NCBI GenBank assembly: GCA_965644265.1
Contig: CBFFRO010000032.1
Span: 307 to 64,000, forward strand
DNA from: Glycera tridactyla
Taxonomy: Eukaryota
Length of the DNA: 63,694 bases
Direction: 5' to 3'
Shown: positions 48,221 through 60,041 of the stretch, in pieces
How the letters are laid out: each line of letters starts with the position of its first letter
Numbering within the stretch: the first letter of the stretch is position 1
Notes under the pieces: generated by a model
Seen by the model: only the letters and a program-made list of their open reading frames with translations
Told to the model about the DNA's origin: nothing
Databases searched by the model: none
Translations under genes and position numbers: made by a program

Positions 48221-50487
48221 GTTTTGAAGATTTATGAGGTGATTATGGTCAAATAGAGGGTTTAAAGACAATTGACACAGTCATGATTAAACCATATGTG
48301 ATCAGATTGTATAGTGATGACCAAGATAGTCCCATGATAATTGTTGCAGCTTATTGGTTCTTGCTAATACTATTTCTAATAGCAATTACCATTGATATCA
48401 TGGGTAGTGGTAGGTGTTATCAGACATGCAGCCCCTATAGAGTCATGCTTGACTGGAGTTTACCTCTCACTATTCACGAATCCCCTGGGAGATGGTCAGG
48501 GGATGCTAGAACAAAATAGCAGAATTAGTTCCCCCTCTCTTCTATTCTACACACCAGAGATGAGTGGCACCCTGTAGAAATCATTTGGGGAATTCTGTAC
48601 AACCCATCTCAACCAGAATAGGGGTAGAATATCAAGTTTCTGATGCCCTAATGAGATGCAGTAGCTACAGACATACTGGGCTTCTTCAGCTGGTGAAACA
48701 TGACAAGGCTGGTATTCAAACCTAAAGATCATCCAACTAGCATGCATAATAGCCACAATGATGAAATTACAGAGGTGTCAAACATTAAACCATTAACATA
48801 TATATTGTATATCAATTCAGGCAAGTAAATAGGAAGTCAACCAATTAATATGATCTCCATGAATAGTATAGCATGAGGTGGCTGAACAGTGGATGGATGG
48901 ATGAACAAATGAATGAATGAAATAATAAAATCTGTGAATGGTTGAGTGGGGATGAGTAAAATGATTGAGAAAGATGAGTGAATGATTCAGTGAGATGGAG
49001 GAATGATTCAATAAATGAGTGACTGGATGGATATGTAGATGGAATGGATGAAAAGATGGATGGTTGATTGGCTGGATATGTGGTTGAACACACGAAAAAG
49101 AATAGTAAAGGTAGTGAATGATGGATATGTCTGTCATGTAACATGGAAAATCCGATAGTTTTTCATGACAGAAGTAACTCTTAACTAGCAATGATACTGG
49201 AAGGTCAAACGACTATTTCAAAGAGAAATATTACAATTTGGCTGATTGTTCCATGTCTTCTCAGCACAATCAAGGCTATACAGAAACATCCATGCAATGG
49301 ATATGAGTGAGATGTTTCTGGGTCCCCATCAGAAGTAGTGAGTTCATAAAATTCAGACTAAATTGTCATCTCAGGGCAAACAATGTTGTGATTTACATGT
49401 TGACTATAATCAATTATTGAGTTTCTCGAGTAAAATTGGTCATTGATATTGTTCTCATGATCATAAGTGACTCAAGATGATAAGTGGGTCACTGAGTAAA
49501 TTCCTGATCAGACAGGTGACATGTCTGTTCAGTTTGCAAATAATCATTGGTTCAGTTAGAGAATGAACTGAACAGCATATGTGAATGATACAATTATATT
49601 TGGATCTGGGTGAGTCATGAATGAATGTGCACCTGAATTTTCAGGATTTAGGGATTTTGTGCAGGGATATGGGTCAATTGTGCACTAATGGGGCATGTAT
49701 TCTTATCATTTAAAACAATAGAAATATGGAGACACCTAAGAACCATTACTGCCTATTGATGACAAACTGTGCACAGTTATGACTGGAAACACATCTCTGA
49801 CAATCGAAACTGCAGGCAAAGCTTTCTAAGTAAAATCACATCAATATGTTTCACATATGAAAATCATTACACAGAAGGAAAAGTGTGAGAAGATTCAGAA
49901 CCATCACTGCCTATTGGTTGAAATCTAGGCTGAGAGCCCAACTCCAACAATCAAAAATGCAGTCAAAGCTTTCTAATAAACCCACATAAATCATTCAAGA
50001 ACATCTACATTGTTATACAAGGCAAGACTGGGATCCCTGAAAATAAAGAAATGCTCAGTTCTGTAATATAGTCTCCATAAGCCTGGTCGGCCTGACCAGT
50101 TTGCCTGATGAGTGGAGAGTGGGATAGTCTCCAGTTACAGTCATAATATGAGATGTTGTTCTCCATAATGCCAGTTTCATTTGGGTCCAAACCTGTCATC
50201 GAAATGTCTTGAACTCGGAGTTGAAGAGATGACCGATGAAGTAGATGACGAGTAAAAGTCAATTCACTGGTGTGAAGTGGATGGAAGTCACAGATGGATA
50301 AATGACTTGTCCTGATTTGGCACTGTATAGTTTGCCAGGTAATGTCCACAGAGAATGTAGTACAACTTACAGTTTGTAGAGAGGAAAATTCCAGAGCATG
50401 AGATGTTGCTCAGAGAGTGCTCAGTCCAATTTTCCATCAAGATCCATGTGTAAGAGACAGTGGTTCGATCCTGGTCACGGCACCAGA

Positions 50488-51967
50488 TGAAGCGGGGGAA
50501 TTCCACTTCTAAGATGTCAGTTCAAAAGTACTTCTCTATTTTCAAATATGGTTGTGATCGTATAATTAAGTAATCAATCGGGTTTTCAATCAGTGAGTGA
50601 ATACAAACTCATCCAAGTAGTGTTACAGTCCAGATTTATTGACACACAACAGGTACATGAAGTTGTGCCAATAATGAGTGGTGTCGACAATAAACTAAAT
50701 GCTAAGTGCTGTGCTCATGATGAAGGGTGATGTGATGTGTGGCAGAGATGGAAGCAGAGTGACCCTGAGTTCTATTCTCCCCCTGGTTTGTTGAACACAC
50801 AGCATCATTGGTAGCATCACACACACACACCCCCAGGAGCATGTAGAAACATAGCAACCACCAACTCATTATCATGCACACAGAGACACCAAAACTACTC
50901 ACAGTAAATACAAATGAATACATAGCAAAATAATGATATACGCATGAACAATAAGCTTCTCTGTCACAGGATATGAATCTATTATTGGTGCTTATGTTTT
51001 CAGGTGGGAAAGGTGATGCTCCATCCATAAATAGTACCAAACAAAATAATTAGTACAGAACAATTGAAATTATATTTGGGTGTAAAGGGGTGTCTGAGAC
51101 CAGCTTCCTGGCAACCGTATGCACACTCCTGTACACACATACACTCGCATGTAGCAAGTTGGTTACCTGGCATCTGTCTGACATGACAACTTTGTTTGGA
51201 CATGACTGTGACCATCTAAGTGTGGAATCATTACCAATGATATCAATCTTATTTATGATCTTCTGTGGCAGGACTGTGTGGGTTGTGACTGATTAGAGCC
51301 CAACCTGTATAAAGAGACTGGTCCTTCAGAAGAGGAAGACATACAATAAGATATTGCATATGAGGAAGAATGTCTCCTTGATAGACACAATATCAACAGG
51401 TATTTTTCAGCACACATGGAGATACTTGAGGGGGGTTCTGACTCCCCAACTCAGTAACAGGTCACTGACCTGGTGATGCAGGGCATGCTAGTGCCTGCCT
51501 GCTGTACAGGGGGGATGCTGAAACCAGATAACATGTTTGCATCTGAAATGAGCTTGTGTCATGGAGTCATGTCCATTCCTTTGTATGTTTGGTGACTATT
51601 TCATCAGCTAGGAATTGAAGGAAAATAATGATGAAAATGCCAGAATTGACATTTCTGCTTGTTTCAAAACAGGAAGTAGAATATAAGATGATGACCATTT
51701 CCAGGGAGACAGATTGGTTAAATATAAGATCATAGATTGTCTCAACTGGAATGAGGTCAGCAATAAGCAATATCATAAAATAGGTCAAGTTAGAATATAT
51801 CAATCAATAGAATAATTCATATTCAGATCACCTTCCTGTGATCAGCTCAACTTCATCAATCAATCAAAAACAAATTTCATCTGGCTGTCAACTTCCTGAC
51901 ATTGACATGGCAACCCACCGGTTCCAGTCAAACCTGTCCTCTTGACAGCACAGATTTCGGTCCTACA
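50488..51967 (-). repeat. LTR (5'-most), 1480 bp
   Basis: Near-identical to the other two LTRs and followed by the TSD ACTT. Confidence 0.9.
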
Positions 51968-53904
51968 ACTTCTCTCTCCTTTGAAATATGGAACCCTACT
52001 GGCTTCTGTTGATCGTTATTGAGAGAGCTTGACCACTGTTTCCATGCAAAATTTGCCTGGACAAGGTTGGCGGGCTTTGGGCTGGCAACCTAGAAGTGAG
52101 TGTATTCATTTGAGTTTGGCTGTACGAACAGCAAGAATGGTCTGATGATCCCTGTGTGTTTACTCTCAGATTTGTCAAGTCCATGTAGCTTCCTCTCTAT
52201 TTGATGTTTCAACACAGACTACAGTTGAATCTGTCAACAATTATGGTGATATGTTTTTCGAAATTGTCAGAAATGCACAAAGGTAACATTTAATATATTA
52301 TACGATCAATTTGTCTAGTAATACGTCCCTGCCAATAACACAGATTTCCTCAAGATAGGGCATTGACAGAACAATTGTCTATCCTATAGGGTGATTTGTA
52401 GCATACACGGAAGAAAGTTTTCTTGTTTCACAGCATAAAGCTAACCATCTATAAATTTGGATAATACTTTTCTCAGTCCTGACAGATCTATTTGTTCCTT
52501 TCTCTAACATGATAATCTCATTGATTGCGAGAAATGATTCCAACTGATGTCTGACAATCAATATGATATATTTAAGTCGTCCTAATCGTCAAATGTGACT
52601 GATGTACTGCATTGTTTCGTAGCAGTCAATGAATCCTTCGATTTACTGAGAAATCATCATCATGACTTGTAGATTTTTTTGGCATTAGGCTTCAAAACAA
52701 GAAAGACCACCTGTATGAAAGGCTTTGCCTATCGCTATGCCATGTTGTGATTGAATTTTTCTATTAATCATTCAACAAATAAAGAGAAACTGTTATTTCC
52801 ACTCGTCACCACCAGGTGTCAGGCACTCTAACCAATAGGCACCTCACTGAGTGGCTGTTAATATGTAATATACATTTCTGGATCCGTATCAGCTTTTGTT
52901 CAGGGAATGTGGGAGTGATGTTTGCAGATGAAAATGCATCTATCCCTCGTAGGTCAGGAATACCCGATATACACAATCCCATGTGCTGATACATACCTTT
53001 GAACTCAGACCATCATGCTGGGAGAAGGAGTCTTGAATGATCCCAAACCATGCTCATTGCACGGGCATCACAATACAGCACACGACGCGACGCTGCCAGT
53101 TGACATGTGACCATATGCTTCATAACGACAAATGAGTTATATCCAGAATCTGATCTGTGGTAGAAAAGCAAGAGACCGATGGCTTCGGTCCCGTCAAATC
53201 GCTTCACCAATCCCACCTTGTGAAAGATTTAACTGGCATAGTTTCTTGCTATATGCATGAAGTCATGGGCAGACTGGAACTCTGGGGAGACCCTGTCACC
53301 TGATGTACAACATATCTGCGTTGAGACCATTCCGGTACCAACCAGTCGGGCTAGGCTGTGTTAACTAGATCCTTTATGACCCCCAGACCAACCAACTAGA
53401 AGGAATTCTAGGGATACCTAGTTACCTGAATTTGGTCAAAGGGAATTGAAAAGGCATATGTGCCACTACACAACTGACACAATTGTCACACTAGAAAGTC
53501 TGTAGGTTGCAGAACAGTCTCCTTTAGGCATTTTTTCTATGGATTTATTATCATATAACAATATAACAAATAAGATAATAATATATGAAGGAGCCATGCA
53601 GATCTACATCTAGATCCAAGTTAACATGTATAACCACGTTTAAACATCTTTGTTGATATTATCACAGTAAATTTGAATTTCACCCACTCTCCTGAACATC
53701 TCCTCCCTCCCCCAACTATATCGATAAGAACAAATAATTTGTATAAGAACTGAATTTCAAAAGTGCCCTTATCATTTTTACTTTATTAACTGCATTTTGA
53801 TCTTTATTCCTGCCGTAACATGCATAGGTACTGCCAATCAGGTTGGCCAAAATTATCTATTTATCTCATCATGCCTTCGCACCGCATGACCCTTAACAGA
53901 AATG

Positions 53905-54062
53905 ACACCTTGAGTGTCTGTGAATTTCATAAATTTTCGCCTTCTGTTGGGGATCTAGAAGGAGGAGTCTTGAATGATCCCACCCATGCCCATTGCATGG
54001 GCGTCTCAATATAGCCTAGATGGAGCTGACGTGACGTTAAAACCCGAAAAACAACAACAACC
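53905..54062 (+). mobile_element. SINE/LINE 3'-tail family copy
   Basis: Ends gacgttaaaacccgaaaaacaacaacaac. Reverse match to 5296-5480. Confidence 0.7.
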
Positions 54063-54239
54063 GCATGACCCTGCTATATCTGTATACAGATATCGTATGA
54101 TTGACCTGGTACTCCCTGACCCACACCACTCCCTAGGCACATCCCAAAAATCACACAAAATACCATTCATGATGTCCATTGTGCCCCTGATTTAAGAAGA
54201 CTCAATGGAGTGTGCATGGGCTACCTGGATGTCAGTAGT

Positions 54240-57060
54240 GTGGTAAGAAAGATTACAGACATAGGAGTTCTGTTAAGGAAAGTGAGCTGAATCACTCGAT
54301 GTTGGGAGAATCTTTCTTAAACAATGCAATTGGGTCTGATGGAATACAAACCCCTGGGTATAATCTAGTAGGATTTCATAGGATGGTAGAGTCGGACTGA
54401 GAGGGGGAGAAGGTCTACAGAACCTTGATGACTAAATGGAGCCTATGTAACGAAAAAATGGAATGTCTATGGGTGAAAATGTGTTCGGACCACCTTATAT
54501 CTGCGATATTTACCGCCTGTCAAGAGTAAATCCAAAGTCTCATTAGAGTTCTTGAAATAAACTGATAGACACAAAAGACAAAAAGATAAAGCAACCAGAG
54601 TTACAGAGAGCAATAAATCCACCGTAGATCACATTAATGTATCAAACCCATCAAATTTCAGAATGGCTGGAGTCATGGACCTAGGTTTATCAGACCACGC
54701 GATGATATCTACTACCGCGAAAAGGTCTATCAAGCCCAAAAATGTAATTATATATATATACATATATATATCTCAGAAAAAATTAAGAAATGTGAACTAT
54801 GAGCAAATGTAAAAAGTGATACAAGGAATATAACTGGTATGGTTATAAATTGAAGACATGGATGTGAATGAATGTATCAGTCTTATTCTTGAAAGATGAA
54901 AATAGATGAACATGTTAATGTAGATAGTCCTGAATGTATCACAGGAGATTATCTGGATATAATTAGAGCATAAGAAAAGGCTAGCCAATCCTTCAGATTA
55001 AACCAAGATCCGACAATGCTATCAGGAAAAACTACTGAAAAGCACAAATGAAATAGAATTACCTTCCCAAAGACAATTTTCAGATTAAAAACCAGCACAG
55101 TCAAAAGGACCCGAATTCAATGTGAGAACCATTTGGGAACTTTGGAAGAATAGCAGAGGGATGTGTCAATACGTAAAATGAACAACAGTACAGATGAACC
55201 TGAAATACCAAATACCTCAGATAAGATAAGATAAACTTTAACAAAAGTCATGAGACCACGAGGGTCATATCACATGCTGATGTTCCAGAGCAAATAAATA
55301 TAACCAAGTAGTATACGTATCCAGGAACAGTGATTGCATTGGATTGGATTGGATTGGACAAAACTTTATCAAATTCTAGACTGGGTGGCCACAGACGACA
55401 ATATTTCCCATTAAGATACAATCAGTATAGATAAAAGAGTACACAAAATCGCTGACAACAAAGATAATTTCAATGAGATAGGCGCTGAGTACAAGGCAGA
55501 GGAGGAGAAGAGAAAAAGAAAGGCAAGAAGGTTTACAATGTTCTAACACTTAGAAATAGATGTGAGAGAAAGTGTAATAGTTATAAAGTATATACGATAC
55601 TCGGGACGAGGAAACATAGCATCTTCAGCGGCAAGTTGATGGGTATATTAACATAAGTGATAAAACAGAGGAATGATGATTAGGTATGAGGATAATGATA
55701 TGAAGGTGAGGGTAAGCAAGTTCAGGAGGAATGTGGAAAATAGAGAAAGAAATAAAAGAAAGAGGAAAGAAAGAGGAAGAGGAGCAGAAGAGAATAGGAA
55801 TAATAGAAACATAAAGAAAGGGAGTAGTTGTGAGGATGAGGAGGAGACAGATAGAGTGAGAGGGTGGGGAAAGTAATAAAAGAAAGGAAAGAAAGAGAAC
55901 AGAGTGAGGTAGGAAAGAAGGAAAAAAAGGGGAGAGAGGGAAGAAAAGATAAAAAGGAAAGAAAAGTACAATGGTAGATTGTCCGTACCTTGAATGAACA
56001 CATCGCAACCGTCGGAATGAAGTTGGCAGAATCAATCCCGGTATCTCCTGATGATCCAATGGACTATTTTGCAATTGATCTACATAATATATATTGGCTT
56101 AGGGAAATTAATTTGGAAGATGTAACACGAGTTATAAAGTCACTAGACCAGTGAAAGGCTGGCAGCAATGATGGACTACCCGCAAGAATCATTAGTAAAT
56201 GTCCTGATTCTTTTTTTTTGGAAACTTTATTTAGAATCGACATCGACAATTAAACAGTATACAGGAAATTGTTCATTTGCAGCGAGTCGATAATACACAT
56301 GCATATATACAACAATACGATATGGATGGCGGATGATTGATGCTGGTTAATGAAGTGGATGAGAGCGATATATGACAAGATGAGATGATCATGAGATGAG
56401 ATGTGGATGTGACCAATGTTTTCATACATGAACGTGTGGTGGTAAATGTACTAGCTAGCTAACACCACCGTAGTTCCTTCATGAATCGTTTAAACGCATC
56501 TGATGGCATGATTTCCAATTCAGGGTGTTTATCAATACTCTCATTCCATCTTTTTCCGGCTCTAATTCTAAAGTTTTTTTCGCTAAAACTATAGTGGCAC
56601 CGATCAATCTGTACATAAGGATTTATAAGGTTCATAGCATCCATTATCGTATGGGTTCAATCAGAGTATCAGAGAAGGCATCTTCGCCAGCCGGTGAAAA
56701 GTAGCTTCAATGATTACACTGTACAAGGAAGCGGAAAATTCTTCCCCCGGTAATCATTCCTCCATGGAAATGTCAAAGTACAAACCCTTAAGGAAAGATG
56801 AATGGAACATAAAGTGATTCATGTACAGAAAATAATGCCTGGTAAATTTATCAGCCCCACAATGTGAGCATTCCCATGCAACTAGCTCGGAGGAAAAAAC
56901 ATATCTGAACTGAACCAGAATCGATGTGGCATGCAGAATAGAATACGATATATTTTGTGGAATATTCTGGAAGTAAATCATCCTAGGATATGTCATAACG
57001 AAGCATCATCATTCCATCTCATTTTCGCCCCATTAAATAGTCTGAAAATATTTACCTTCA
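54240..57060 (+). mobile_element. Degenerate CR1/L2-type LINE (EN + RT relics) with later insertions
   Basis: Fragments IQTPGYNLV, MECLWVK, GVMDLGLSDHAMI, KAGSNDGLPARII and NQSIREGIF...LYKEAENSSPGNH. Interrupted by a purine-rich tract (55500-55970) and a reversed LINE tail. Confidence 0.65.
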
Positions 57061-57136
57061 TCCATCACTGATTCGTATATCATGAGTGCAAATACTGTAT
57101 CTTAACTGTTACGACTGTTACTTTACATAGAAGAAT

Positions 57137-58110
57137 GAAGTAGCACCAGCCAAATACCCCTTGTATGTGAAGTAGCACCAGCCAGATATCATCTGCATGT
57201 AAAGTAGCACCACTTGGATATCATCTGCATATAAAGTAGCACCAGCAAGATATCATCTGCATGTAAAGTAGCACCAGTTGGATATCATCTGCATATAAAG
57301 TAGCACCAACAAGATATCATCTGCATGTAAAGTAGCACCAACCGGATATCGCCTGCATGTGAAGTAGCACCAACCGGATATCAACTGCATGTAAAGTAGC
57401 ACCAACCGGATATCAACTGCATATAAAGTAGCACCACCCGAATATCAATTACATTTAAAGTAGTACCAACTGGATATCAACTGTATGTGAGGTAGCACCA
57501 GCCAGATATCACCTGCATGTGAGGTAGCACCAATCAGACATGAACTGTAATGTGAAGTAGCACCAGCCAGATATGACCTGCATGTGAAATAGCACCAGCA
57601 AGATATGACCTGCATGTAAAGTAGCAGCAGTTGGATATCATTTGCATATGAAGTAGCACCAGCAAGATATCATCTGCATGTAAAGTAGCACCAGCCAGAT
57701 ATAATCTGCATATGAAGTAGCACCAGCCAGATATCATCTGCATATGAAGTAGCACCAGCCAGATATCATCTGCATGTGAAGTAGCACCAGCCTGATATCA
57801 CCTGCATGTAAAGTAGCACCAGCTAGATATCACCTGCATGTAAAGTAGCACCAGCCAGATACCACCTGTATGTAAAGTAGCGCCAGCCAGATATGACCTG
57901 CATGTAAAGTAGCACCAGCCAGATACCACCTGTATGTACCAGTCAGATACCACCTGTAGTCAGATACCACGTGTAGTACCAGTCAGATACCACCTGTATT
58001 TGAAGTAAGACCAGCCAGATATCATCTGTATGTGAAATAGCACCAGTCAGACACCACCTGAATGTAAATCAGTTCCAATCAACTATCATCGTGATATGAA
58101 GTAGCACCAG
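57137..58110. repeat. 32-bp minisatellite, ~30 copies
   Basis: Unit gaagtagcaccagccagatatcatctgcatgt, decaying towards the right end. Confidence 0.95.
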
Positions 58111-60041
58111 TCAAGTATCATCCGAATCTGAAGTGACAATGGAACAAGAGCAACGACAGCCAACTAACCAAATCCTATTGATGTAAAATTCATCAAGCAG
58201 CACCAGTCAAATTTCACCTGAATGTAGATTAGCACCAGCCAATCATCATCTGGAACTATATGAACAACAACAAATACAACGAATCAACCCAAATATCACA
58301 CAAATACGAAGTAGCACCGGCTAAATATTACCAGGATGAAATATAAACCAGCCAAATACCATCTGAGACTGGAATGTCAATGAAAAAACACCAACAACAA
58401 CATAAACAACAACAAACCAACAAAACATCTGCTATCACAAAAAAAATTGGTTCGAAGGATACATTAGGAGGTTCCGGTCAAATTGTTTGTGCATATAGTA
58501 AGTAGATGGTGCTGCATCAATGCTGGTTTGATCATGGATAAACATCTCTCAGCATCACATCTGTGTGAGAATCGTGCCGAGGCAAAAGCCACATGAGCTG
58601 CAATAATTGAGCAAGGTGATTGATGGTCATTTCGCGATTATTTACTCGCACTAGCACATGTGCTGTGCTCCCATACCATCAAGCAAGTGCATCTCCATTA
58701 GCCAGTCGCCCCTCACCCTCTGATCTAATGCACGGCTGACTGAATGCAGCATTATCATCTTGGTTCACAATCGCTGAAGATTCAAGTGGGGTGAATTGCA
58801 AGACTTCTCTCAGGTACGACTTTGATATTACAATCTCCATCGTTGTCAATATTTGTTTTGTGATCTCTTTCTATCCTACCCCATTCTTCTTTTCTTTCTC
58901 CTTCTTCTTTTTCTTCTGCTTTTTCTACTCCTCCTCCTTCTCTTCCTCCTCCTCCTTCTCTTTCTTCTTTTTCTTCTTCCTCTGCTCTTTCTTTTTCTTC
59001 TATTTCATATTCTATTTCTCCTTTTTCTTATTCCATTTCTCCTTCATCATCTTCTTTTTTTCAGTCTTGCTTTTCTTCTTCTCTTTCTCTCGTGTAGAGC
59101 ACACATTGAAGCTGGTCACGAATTGGTATTCACATTGAATCAAATAGAATCAAATATTGTATAGGTAATGTAATGTTATGTGATACGAGTGCTTCTGTAC
59201 ATATTTCGTTAATAACCATTACTAATGGATGTACCTACTTAAGTACTAACTACTCGTGGCCGCCGTAAAAAGCTCCGCGAGCTAACTGCGGAATATTTTT
59301 GTAAATATGTTACGAGTCTAAATAAAGAGTTTTGAATTGAATTGAATTGAATGAGTATCCCATGAACCTGATGCATTTTCTGTTGTCAAATACAGCACTT
59401 TGAGGAGATATAAGCATCGGTATCGGGCTTGTTTGTCAACTTTCATCCACAACCCCTCTGATTCCCATCCTCCAGCCAATAAATATTTCTCTCATGAAGA
59501 ATAATTGGAAAATACCAAGAAAAATACAGAAATAAAAAGATTTTTTTCTCAGTCCAATATCTGTCAAGACTTTGATCATAACTTCGATCTCGAATAATCT
59601 CACCTATTCCAAGCATCTTTTTGGATGGAGCTTATATCACTTATTGGTTGTGATTTAACATCACATCAGCACCAGATGTGCTATATTGTGACGCCCCTGC
59701 AATGGGCATGGGTGATACCATTCGAGACGCCTCTCAGGTCCCCAACAGGAGATGAAAATTTATGAAATTCAGACTGACAGCTGGGCAATGTATCGAGTAT
59801 TGACAAGTGTGGATATCCTCAAGGACAATATCAATCTCCTAGCAATAATTCCCTGATCACGAGTCAAACATGCAAACCAGTTATATGGGGACCATGAGTT
59901 TTAGGGGCAAAATTCGTATTTGAAAGCATAATGAATCATAAATGAAGGATGCTTCATGTTATGGGACATATTGAGACTAGATCAATCGCTAGCTTCTCTG
60001 AAGGAGCATCATTTTTCATTTCAGGAGTTTGACGATCACAG

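Larger units (their letters stand above)
34844..51967 (-). mobile_element. Tandem LTR retroelement LTR-int-LTR-int-LTR, non-autonomous (LARD-like), probably Ty3/Gypsy-mobilised
   Basis: Three ~1.48-kb LTRs with TG...CA ends. ACTT TSD at 34840-43 and 51968-71. tRNA-His PBS and PPT correctly placed. Two ~99.9% identical 6.3-kb interiors with no gag/pol ORF. Confidence 0.9.
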
